A stretch of 64,000 nt of DNA, taken from the NCBI RefSeq assembly GCF_963921235.1, contig NC_086107.1, positions 111,354,001-111,418,000 of the forward strand. Direction: 5' to 3'. Below, in pieces: positions 27,673 to 37,171 of the stretch. A program made the position numbers and the translations under genes. Within the stretch, counting starts at the first letter, position 1; each line of letters opens with the position of its first letter. The notes beneath the pieces are model-generated. The model made no database searches. It had not been told where the DNA came from and was given only the letters and a program-made list of their open reading frames with translations. Origin of the DNA: Mobula hypostoma (taxonomy: Eukaryota).

Positions 27673-28032
27673 GTATGTTTTTAAAAGTGAAGAGGGTTTT
27701 CTTTCTCTATCTCCTCTACAGGCAGTGAATTTCAGATCCCCCAGTACCCTCAGGTTACAAAGGGTTTCTTTTACCCTTCTCTCTAATCTACTGATTACTT
27801 TAAACTGCTGCTTTCTGACTCCTCTGCCAAGTGAAATAAGCCCTTCCTACTCATTGTATCGGGACTTGCCGAGAATTTTAGAGACTTCGGCTAAATATCG
27901 CCTCTACCACCTCTAGACCGAAGTAAACTTTTGTAGCCTATCCATGCTCTCCTCATAGTTCATTCATCCAATCAATATTTCCCAGGATTGTTTATTTACC
28001 AATTCCCAGAATATTGGATCAAATTTTACATT

Positions 28033-28060
28033 TTTATTTATGTAACAAAATATATTTATT
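28033..28060 (-). terminator. Candidate polyadenylation signals of SOCS1 (3'UTR about 630 nt)
   Basis: AATAAA on the minus strand at 28060-28055 and 28038-28033, in an AT-rich block at the end of unique sequence downstream of the stop. Confidence 0.55.
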
Positions 28061-28685
28061 TATATAATTAAAATATATAAGAATCATATTTCGTACTGTT
28101 CAAGTGAATCATGAAACACGTTACGTAGCAATGGTTTCTGTGTCATGGTGACTTAATTGAACAGAAATATTTCCTTCTCGCTATGTCAAGCTCTCCGCTC
28201 ACTCAGTGAGTGTCCGTCATTGCAGAGCTTGTGGGCTCGACACACAGCAGGCCTCCAATCCCCTGTGAAAGAGTCTCCCTCGCTGACTCCGCACCAACGT
28301 TCCCTCTTCACTTTTCTTTCTCTCTACAGGTGTGCAGGCCAAGCACTGCTCCGTTGAGGAAATTTGTACATGGCCTGAAAACTGCGTGGCATTTTTAACA
28401 AAACACTAATTATATTAAAAGAAAATTCCAGCAAAGGCTACGTGCGTGGGGCCATCTCAGTTACTGCATGCTGCACGCCTACGCAGCTTAGAGGGAATGG
28501 TGCTCCACACTGCTTGCCGCGGTCCCCGTCATCGCCCCAAAACAAGGGCTGAGGAACACTCCGAGCCTGTCAGTGACAATCGGCATCAACTTTTTCCGCT
28601 GTGGGAGGCGTTCCTGGCAGCCAGACTCCAGGCCAGCTGTGCCACAACGATGGAGGAAAGACAACGTCATCGACAGGCTTGGGGG

Positions 28686-29279
28686 TTATATTTTGAATGG
28701 AAATTCCTCAATATAATTCCGAAGGCTGGGCCTCAGAGGCAGCTTTGTCACTCCGTCTCTCCCAAAGTGGCAGATAATGTTCTTTCTGCATAGCTGCTGT
28801 AGTTTGAGGACAGGGTTTTTCCGCAGCGGGGTGGAAAAGACAATCGTGTCTCCTCCCTCAAAGACAAAAGGCTTGCGCCGGCTGCTGTCCACGCAGTATT
28901 CCAGCAGCTTCACCATGCAGTCAAAGTGAGTGTTATCGAACCAGAAGAGTTCTTTCTTGAACTGGATTCGCATGCTGACGGGCCCCCTGTGGGCCCGGAC
29001 GCTCAGACTGAACAGGTGATCGGCCTGGGTGCTATCCCGGACGAGGAAGGTGCCCACGGGCTCCGCCTTCAGCATGGCGTGAGCCTTCTCCACGGGCAGC
29101 GGCCCCCAGTAGAATCCGCCCTCGTTCAGGGAGCGCAGGCTTCGCTCCACCGTCTCCCTCTCTTCGTTCTGGAACGTGCGGAAGTGGGTGGGAGACTCAG
29201 GCGGAGGGCGCTGTAACTGCGGCGGAGGGGACTGTCGCACGTCTGCCCGGGCATCCAGTTGGTTTCTCCCTCCGACCAT
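28686..29279 (-). CDS. SOCS1: Suppressor of cytokine signaling 1-like protein (197 aa; KIR, ESS, SH2, SOCS box), CDS in one exon
   Basis: Intact GC-rich ORF: KIR 'THFRTF', 'GFYWGPL', 'LKAEPVGTFLVRDS' SH2, C-terminal 'LQQLCR...LPLRPSLRNYIEEFPFKI' SOCS box. These closely parallel vertebrate SOCS1 motifs (THFRTF, GFYWGPL, AEPVGTFLVRDS, FPFQI). Paralogue identity (1a vs 1b) is unresolved. Confidence 0.93.
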   Translation of the reverse strand: MVGGRNQLDARADVRQSPPPQLQRPPPESPTHFRTFQNEERETVERSLRSLNEGGFYWGPLPVEKAHAMLKAEPVGTFLVRDSTQADHLFSLSVRAHRGPVSMRIQFKKELFWFDNTHFDCMVKLLEYCVDSSRRKPFVFEGGDTIVFSTPLRKNPVLKLQQLCRKNIICHFGRDGVTKLPLRPSLRNYIEEFPFKI

Positions 29280-29280
29280 C

Positions 29281-29328
29281 TCAGATGGACCTCCAGCTCC
29301 GGAGAGGTCCCATCTTCAGCCGCCTCAT
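29281..29328 (-). promoter_or_regulatory. Upstream ORF (MRRLKMGPLRSWRSI*) in the SOCS1 5'UTR
   Basis: ATG at 29328, second in-frame ATG at codon 6, TGA at 29283-29281, then one base (29280) before the main ATG at 29279. Confidence 0.7.
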
Positions 29329-29339
29329 GGATAAATGTC

Positions 29340-29362
29340 CTGCAGGGAAAGAGAGCTGAATG
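29340..29362 (-). other. Splice acceptor of the SOCS1 coding exon (exon starts at 29339; 60 nt of 5'UTR in this exon)
   Basis: Minus strand reads ttcagctctctttccctgcAG|gacattt: pyrimidine tract plus CAG just upstream of the ATG. Matches the known SOCS1 layout of a non-coding exon 1 and coding exon 2. Confidence 0.75.
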
Positions 29363-32300
29363 TTAATTTATCATCAAATTTTGTTAATGTCGCCATAAAC
29401 CACCCGGAGATTCACTTTCATGGACAGAACAGTGGGACTGCCAAGAGCCCTGCTGCCTCACGGCTTCAATGACCCGAGTCTGATCCTGACCTCTGGTACT
29501 CTTTGTGGAGTTTGCACGTTCTGTCTGTGACTACAGATAGATAGATAGATATAATTTATTAATCCCGAGGGAAATTTGGTTTCGTTACAGCCACACCCAA
29601 CCAAGAATAGAGTGTAAATATAGCAATACAAAAACCACCAACAATCAAACAACAAAATGCAAACTATGCCAGATGGAAAATAAGTCCAGGACCAGTCTAT
29701 TGGCTCAGGGTGTCTGACCCTCCACGGGAGGAGCTGCACGTTCGATGGCCACAGGCAGGAACGACCTCCCGTGCCGCCCAGTGTTGTATCTCGGTGGAAT
29801 GTGGCCGAAGTCCAACAGTAAAAAGTTCAATATCCGGTCTACAAACACGTTCCTCGATCATAATATGCCCCGGATTGCTCCTTCCTCACACCTACACTGC
29901 CGGTAAGTTACAGAGAGCCGTTAACCCATAAGACCAAGGAGCGGAAATAGACCACTGGGCCTACCTAGTCCCTACCTGGGACTACCTGGGTTTCCCAGAT
30001 GTTCTGGTTTCCTCCTACATCCCAATTACTTGCTGGTTGGTGGGTTGGAGAGATTCCAGAAGAAGTTCAAGAGAATGATTCTGGAAAGGAAAGGGTTAAC
30101 ATACGAGGAATACTTGATGGCTCAGACCTGTACTCACTGGCGTCCGGAAGAATGTGGAGCAGGAGGTCTCACCGAAACCTATCGAATATTGGAAGGCCTG
30201 GGTTGAGTGGATGTGGAGAAGATGCTCTCTATAGTGGGGGAGTCTAGAACCAGAGGGCACAGCTTCAAACAGAACAAAGATGAGAAGAAATTTCTTTAGC
30301 CAGAGGTCCTTTGCCATGGGTGACTGTGGAGGACAAGTCATTGTGTATATCTAAATCAGAAGTTGATAAGTTCTTGGTTAGTCAGTGCGTCAAAGGTTAC
30401 ATGGAGAAGGCAGAAGATTGGGGTTGAGAGGGATAATATATCAGTCATGATGGAATGACAGAGCAGACATGATAGGCCCACTGGCCTAATTCCGCTCCTT
30501 GGTCTTAAGGGTTAATGGCTCTCTGTAACTTACCAGCAGTGCAGGTGTGAAGAAGGAGCAAAAGTGGGTTATAGTCAGGTAGGTAGGAGAATTGATGAAA
30601 TTCCCTTGAAATCCACCCAACATCACAAGAAAATATGAATACAGTTTACTTATATTTGAACTTCCTATAAGCATATTAATACTAACAATGTCATATAAGG
30701 CCCAGTTATCAAGATACTTCTTGCTGCCTCAGTAAAGCAGCCAGCATTAACAAAGAACCCACCCACTCTCTCTTCTATTGGGCAGAAGGTGCAAAAGCCT
30801 GAAAACACATATCACAAGGCTCAAGGACAGCTGTTATCAGACTGATTTGATATTGTCTGGTAAATAACTGCAACATTTTCCACATAATAACCATGTTGAT
30901 AGTCCAAATACGTTGGTTGTTAAGCACTTTTGGATATCCTGAGCCTATGAAGAGCAATAGGTTTCTGGTAGGCCTCTGTAGAGAATTCTCTGTGACCAAG
31001 AGCCCCCGTCAAGGCAAAATTGTGTTAAGCGCTAACCTTTCTGGTTACCTTTCCACGTTTTTGCCAAATATTTTCTCATCAATCCAATGTTTTCTGTCTG
31101 TGGAAACAATAACCCCACATAAAGCCAGTGTTCCTTGTTAAATATTAATCTCATTCACCTTTCTTTTCCCTTACGTCTGAAGGCACGGTCTCAGAATAAA
31201 GGGACGTCCTATCATTACTGAGAGAAGGAGGAATTTCTTTAGCCAGAATCTGTGGAATATGTTGCCACAGAGAACTTGGGGATGTGGTGGCTATTTCACT
31301 GTGTGTATTTAAGGCCCAGGTCAGAGCTGAGCAAATAGACTTTATGATTGATAGGATCTTGATTGGTCAAAAGGGTTAAATATCACAGGGGGAAGGTAGC
31401 AAAAAATATTGACCACGACTGAATGGTGGAACAGATTGGCCTATTTCTTCTCCTATCTCTTTTGATAGTTTGGTCTTAAGGTCTACTTGCTCAACTCTGA
31501 TTTTTACTTCAATTAACATTCCCCTGACTGTGGGGGATTTCTCTGGGTGCTCCAGTTTCCTCCCACATTCCAAAGACGTACAGGTTAAGATTCAAGATTT
31601 AAGATTGTTTAATATCATTTCCAGTACAGCAGTGCAAGATGAACAATATAGTGATTTCTCTGGATCCAATGCTGCATAACAACAATGACTTTTCCCCAGG
31701 GCTGAAATGGCTAGCACGAGAGGGCACAGTTTTAAGGTGCTTGAAAGTAGGTACAGAGGAGATGTCAGGGGTAAGTTTTTTTATGCAGGGAATGGTGAGG
31801 GTGTGAAATGGGCTGCCGGCGACGGTGGTGGAGGGGGATACGATAAGGTCTTTTAAGAGACTCCTGGACAGGTACGCGGAGCTCAGAAAGGTAGAGGGCT
31901 ATGGGTAACCCTAGGTAGTTTCTAAAGTAAGTACGTGTTTGGCACAGCATTGTGGGCCGAATAGTCTGTATTGTGCTGTAGGTTTTCTATATTTCTAAAA
32001 CACAGAGGATAAAGAACACAAGGATATCAAGTAAAAACACACACAATAAATATAAATACATAAGATAGCTTATATACTTAGATTGATTGTAAGGTGACAG
32101 ATGAAGCACATTCCTTGGTCTGTGTCTACTCTGTTTGTGGCAGTCTCCTTGAATATCTGCCAGTTGGTCAGTTGAAAACAATTCATAAGTTAATAAGTTA
32201 ATTGGTCACATGGGTGCAATTGGGCAGTGCGGGGTCATTGGGCTGGAAAGAGCTGCTCCTGTGCTGTATCGCTAAATTAAAACTACAAAAAACATTGTTC

Positions 32301-32594
32301 CTTCCAGCCTGAGAATACGAACTTTTAATCCTTAAACCCTTAAAACCTTCTCCACAAGGAATTATTTCTTTGGCTAGTCTCCAACAACTACTTCCTGAAA
32401 CTGCCTTTGGAAGATATCTTTTTGTGCAATTGTGTGACGAGGTACAATCAACAGCTTATAGAGGGAGCAACCACTTGCCAACATTCCCTCTTAAAATTAG
32501 CACCACTGTTGAACTGGGCTGTAGAATTGTTATTTTTCTTGTATTTTGATGTCCCTGTTTGTACTTTTAAATAATCACCTATACACACGTAATT

Positions 32595-32799
32595 AAAAGC
32601 TGCTGGTGAATGCAACAGGCCAGGCAGCATCTCGAGGAAGAGGTACAGTCGACGTTTTGGGCCTCGTCCTGATGAAGGGTCTTGGCCCGAAACGTCGACT
32701 GTACCTCTTCCTAGAGATGCTGCCTGGCCTGCTGCGTTCACCAGCAACTTTGATGTGTGTTGCTTGAAATTCCAGCATCTGCTGATTTCCTCGTGTTTT
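32595..32799 (+). mobile_element. Short fold-back PLE-pLTR insertion with 11-bp TSD
   Basis: Arm 32599-32663 is complementary to about 32684-32746. TSD cacacgtaatt at 32584-32594 and 32800-32810. Confidence 0.85.
32666..32699 (+). ncRNA. Minimal type I hammerhead ribozyme motif
   Basis: GUC-CUGAUGA-A-GGGUCUUGGCCC-GAAAC-GUC-GAC. All core positions intact; predicted cleavage after C32696. Confidence 0.72.
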
Positions 32800-33399
32800 C
32801 ACACGTAATTGTTCAGTGAGTATTTCAGTGGTTGCAGTCGCCTCCACTGAAATGTACCACATTTTTCTGGAAATTTGTTGGTTTCAGTGATGGGTGTCAC
32901 ATTACTTGAATCTGGCTATCTGATTGGTTAACTGTTACCTGTTAGAATTTTAACAGCATTCAATGACAAAGAAGGCACAACAGTGGCGATTTTTCATTGG
33001 GAATTTGAGGAGAACTGATATGTCACCGAAGGCAAGTAAATTTCTACAGACGTACTGTGGAGAGCATTCTAACTGGCTGCATCATTATCTGGTGTGGGGA
33101 TGGGTGGGTGCGGGAGCTACTGCACTAGATCGATACAAGCTGCAGAGAGATGTAAACTCAGTCAGCTCCATCATGGGCACTAGCCTCCATAGTATCCAAG
33201 ACATCTCTAAGGAGCGATGCCTCAAAAAAGGCAGCATCCATCATTAAGGGCCCCCATCACCCAGGACATGCCCTGTTCTCATTGTTACCATGGGGAAGGA
33301 GGTACAGAAGCCTGAAGGCACACACTCGGCGATTCAGGAACAACTTCTTCTTCTCTGCCATCTAGTGTACCTGTTTCCGAGTTGTTTCCAATACATACC

Positions 33400-33970
33400 T
33401 ACCCGTCTCTATTTCCTGAGGAGACTGAGGTCCTTTAACATATGCCGGACGATGCTGAGGATGTTCTACGAGTCTGTGGTGACCAGTGCTATCATGTTTG
33501 CTGTTGTGTGCTGGGGCAGCAGGCTGAGGGTAGCAGACACCAACAGAGTCAACAAACTCATTCGTAAGGCCAGTGATGTTGTGGGGATGGAACTGGACTC
33601 TCTCACGGTGGTGTCTGAAAAGAGGATGCTGTCCAAGTTGCATGCCATCTTGGACAATGTCTCCCATCCACTACATAATGTACTGGGTGGGCACAGGAGT
33701 ACATTCAGCCAGAGACTCATACCACCGAGATGCAGCACAGAGCATCATAGGAAGTCATTCCTGCCTGTGGCCATCAAACTTTACAACTCCTCCCTTGGAG
33801 GGTCAGACACCCTGAGCCAATAGGCTGGTCTTGGACATTTCATAATTTACTGGCATAATTTACATATTACTATTTAACTATTTATGGTTCTATTACTATT
33901 TATTATTTATGGTGCAACTGTAATGAAAACCAATTTCCCCCGGAATCAATAAAGTATGACTATGACTATG
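33400..33970 (+). mobile_element. Rex/Babar LINE 3' fragment with (TATGAC)n tail
   Basis: 'RLYFLRRLRSFNICRTMLRMFYESVV..AIMFAVVCWGS...HPLH...RKSFLPVAIKLYN', followed by AATAAA and tatgactatgactatg. Confidence 0.85.
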
Positions 33971-35299
33971 TAACACTAACAAAGCGATGGTAAGCAAGAA
34001 CACTTATGCCTCATTCATAATTGCTGGAGAAGTTTTGGATCGCAACAGCATCAAGATCCGGCAACACTGCTTCATTTTCCCTGCAGGTAAGCAGAGGGTT
34101 ATCGGGATCAGAGGTGTGTCGGATCAGCCTCCAGGTCACGGCTCTGTTTGACAGTGACACGGACAGAACAGTGCTACGGCAAAGAGCATTGCTGCTTCAC
34201 AGCTTCAACGACCTGAGTTTGACCCTGACCTCTGGTGCGCTCTGCAGAATTTGTAGGTCCCCCACCGTGACCACACGGGGCTCCCCCGGGTGCTCTGGTG
34301 TCCTCCCACCTCCCAATGACTTCCTGGCTGAGAGGCTGGAGAGGGTCCAGAGGAGGTTCACAAGAATGATTCTGGAAATGAAAGGGTTAACACATGAGGA
34401 GCAATTGGCCTGTACTCACTGGAGTCTAGAATAACCGGGGGTGGTGGGAGGGGGAAAGAATCTCACTGAAACCTGTCAAATATTGAAGAGCCTAGATAGA
34501 GCGGATGTGGGGAGGATGTTTTCTATATCGGGGAAGCCCAGGACCAGAGGACACAGTCTCAGAATAGAGGGACATCCATTTAAAACAGAGATGAGATGAA
34601 ATTTCTTTAGCCAGGGGGTGGTGAATCTATGGAATTCATTAGCACAGATGGTTGTGGAGGTTAAGTCATTGTGTATATCCAATTATCTAAAGCAGAGGTT
34701 GATAGGTTCTTGGTTAGTCAGGGCATCAAAGGCTACGGGGAGAGGGTAGGAGAACGAGGTTGAGAGGGATCATTTATCAGTCGTGATGGAATGACAGAGG
34801 AGACACGATGGGCCGAGTGGCCTAACTCTGCTTCTATGCCTTATGGTCTTATGGGTTAAATTACCTGTAGTGCAGGCGTGTGGAAAGAGAGAGAATGGGA
34901 GAAATAATGAGATTGTCTTGAGACCTAACCAACAGCCTTCCCCAATGTCACTAGTAAATATGAATGCATTTTAATTACATCTGAATTTTCTTTATCTGCA
35001 TTATTACTAACAGTGCCATATAAGGCCCAGTTATCAAGATACTTCTTGCTGCCTCAGTAAAGCATTCAGCAAAATCAAATACCCTAGTTACCCTGGACAT
35101 TGTCTCTTTGCCTCATTTCCCATAAGGCAGAAGATATAAAAGCCTGAAAGCACAGGCTCTAAGTCAGTCATAGTCATAGTCATACTTTATTGATCCTGGG
35201 GGAAATTGGTTTTCGTTACAGTTGCACCATAAATAATTAAATAGTAATAAAACCATTTCTCTTTTCTCTTGTTCTCTTTTCTCTTGATTTTCTCTTGTT

Positions 35300-35765
35300 T
35301 GTGACTGGGGAGGAAGTTCGTCTTTCAGCAGGGCAACAACCCAAAGCACACTGACAAAGCAACCATTCAGTGGCTTCAGATGAAGAAAGATGCTGCCCTT
35401 GAGTGGCCCAGTCAGAGTCCTTCTCTTAACCCGATCGAACATCTCTGGCAAGACCTCAAGATTGCTGTTCACCACCGCTCCCCAACTAACCCGTCACAGC
35501 TTGAGCAATTTTGCAAGGAGGAATGGTAAATCTTGCTTCATCACGTTGTGCAAAGTTAATAGAGACTTATCCAAGAAGATTACTGGCCGTAATAGCCGCG
35601 AGAGGTAATTTAACCAAGTACTGACCAAACTGCTGACATTTCAGTTTTTGAATTCTTATTTTATCATGCTTTACAATTTTCCCTGTTTTTTAGGCTCTAC
35701 TATGTGATTCATAAATAAAAATTGTCAGTTAAGTTGATCAAAATCCCTGGTTGTAATATTCATGT
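35300..35765 (+). mobile_element. Tc1-family transposase 3' remnant
   Basis: Reads 'FQQGNNPKHT...LEWPSQSPSLNPIEHLWQDLKIAV...QLEQFCKEEW*', Tc1 DDE C-terminal motifs with lesions. Confidence 0.85.
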
Positions 35766-36194
35766 GTGTAAATAACAGGAGCAATGAAAGATCAACCAGA
35801 GCGCAGAAGACAACAAACTGTGCAAATGCAAATACAGATAAATAGCAATAAATAATGAGAACATAAGGTAATGTGATAAAGAGTCCTTGAAAGTGATATC
35901 AATGGCAGTGGGAACACTTCAGTGTAGTTATCCCCTATTATTCAAGAGCCTGAAGGTTGAGGGGTGAAACTCAGTGTGGCCTTCTGCTCCTGTAGCCCAT
36001 CCACTTCAAAGCTCAAAGTGCAGTATGTTCAGAGATGCTCTTCTGCACACCACTGTTGTAACGTGTGGTTATCTGAGTTACTGTTGCCTTCCTGTCAGCT
36101 TGAACCAGTCTGGTAATTCTCCTCTGACCACTCTCTTTGACAAGGTGATTTTGCACACAGAACACAGAATCTAAAGGTTGTATAATCCAAGTTT

Positions 36195-36832
36195 CTGTAG
36201 TTAAGAAGGCCTACGGTGCATTGGCCTTCATCAATTGTGGCACTGAGTTTAAGAGCCAAGAGGTAATTTTGCAGCTATATAGGACCCTGGTCAGACCCCT
36301 GCTCAATTCTGGTTGCCTCGCTACAGGAAGGACATGGAAACCAGAGAAAGGGTGCAGAGGAGATTTACAAGGATGTTGCCTGGATTGGGGAGCGTGCCTT
36401 ATAAGAATAGGTTGAGTGAACTCAGCCTTTTCTCCTTGGAGCGACAGAGGATGATGGGTGACCTGATAGAGGTGTACAAGATAATGAGAGGCATTGATTG
36501 TGTGGATAGTCAAAGGCTTTTCCCCATGGCTGAAATAGCTAGCACGAGAGGGCGTAGTTTTAAGGTGCTTGGAAGTAGGTACAGAGAAGATGTCAGGGGT
36601 AAGTTTTTTATGCAGAGAGTGGTGAGTGCGTGGAATGGGCGGCCGGCGGCGGTGGTGGAGGCGGAAACGATAGGGCCGTTTAAGAGACTCCTGGATGGCT
36701 ACATGAAGCTTAGAAAAATAGAGGGGTATGGGTAAAACCTAGGTAGTTCTAAGGTAGGGACATGTTTGGCATGGCTTTGTGGGCCAAAGGGCCTGTATTG
36801 TGCTGTAGGTTTTCTACGTTTCTGTGTTTCTA
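36195..36832 (+). mobile_element. CR1 LINE 3' fragment (second subfamily)
   Basis: ORF 36313-36735 'ERVQRRFTRMLPGL...GDLIEVYKIMRG...FFMQRVVSAWN'; tttctacgtttctgtg tail. Confidence 0.85.
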
Positions 36833-36867
36833 TAATGTAAACATACTTAGATAATACATTGAACTGC

Positions 36868-37171
36868 CACTCACTGGACTTTTCTTTTGTGTGCGCACCA
36901 TTCCCTGTAAACTCTAGGGACTGGTGTGTGTGAAAATCCCAGATGATTAGCAGTTTCTAAGATCCTCAAACCACCCCATCTGGCACCAACAATCATTCCA
37001 TGGTCAAAGTCACTTGGATCACATTTCTTTCCCATCCTTATGTTTGGTCTGAACAACAACTGAACCTCTTGACCATACTGGCATGCTTTAATGCACTGAG
37101 TTACCGCCACATGAATGGCCGATTAGATATTTGCATTAACGAGCAGGTGTACCTAATAAAGTGGCCACTGA
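36868..37171 (-). mobile_element. Tc1-like element 5' end / MITE fragment
   Basis: 'MGKKCDPSDFDHGMIVGARWGGL..LETA..LGFS...RVYREW' paired-like N-terminus; TIR ctcagtggccactttattaggtac. Confidence 0.8.

Noticed and set aside
28060..28685. miR-155/miR-19/miR-30 seed sites known from the mammalian SOCS1 3'UTR
   Set aside because: I could not find AGCATTAA, TTTGCACA or TGTTTACA on the minus strand by eye.
28446..29216. Plus-strand ORFs overlapping SOCS1 (28446-28793, 28926-29216)
   Set aside because: GTG starts, no recognisable domain; expected antisense to a GC-rich CDS.
34070..34092. Plus-strand AG|GTAAGC recursive-splice-like site
   Set aside because: Better explained as the duplicated minus-strand SOCS1 acceptor; no evidence for a plus-strand host transcript.
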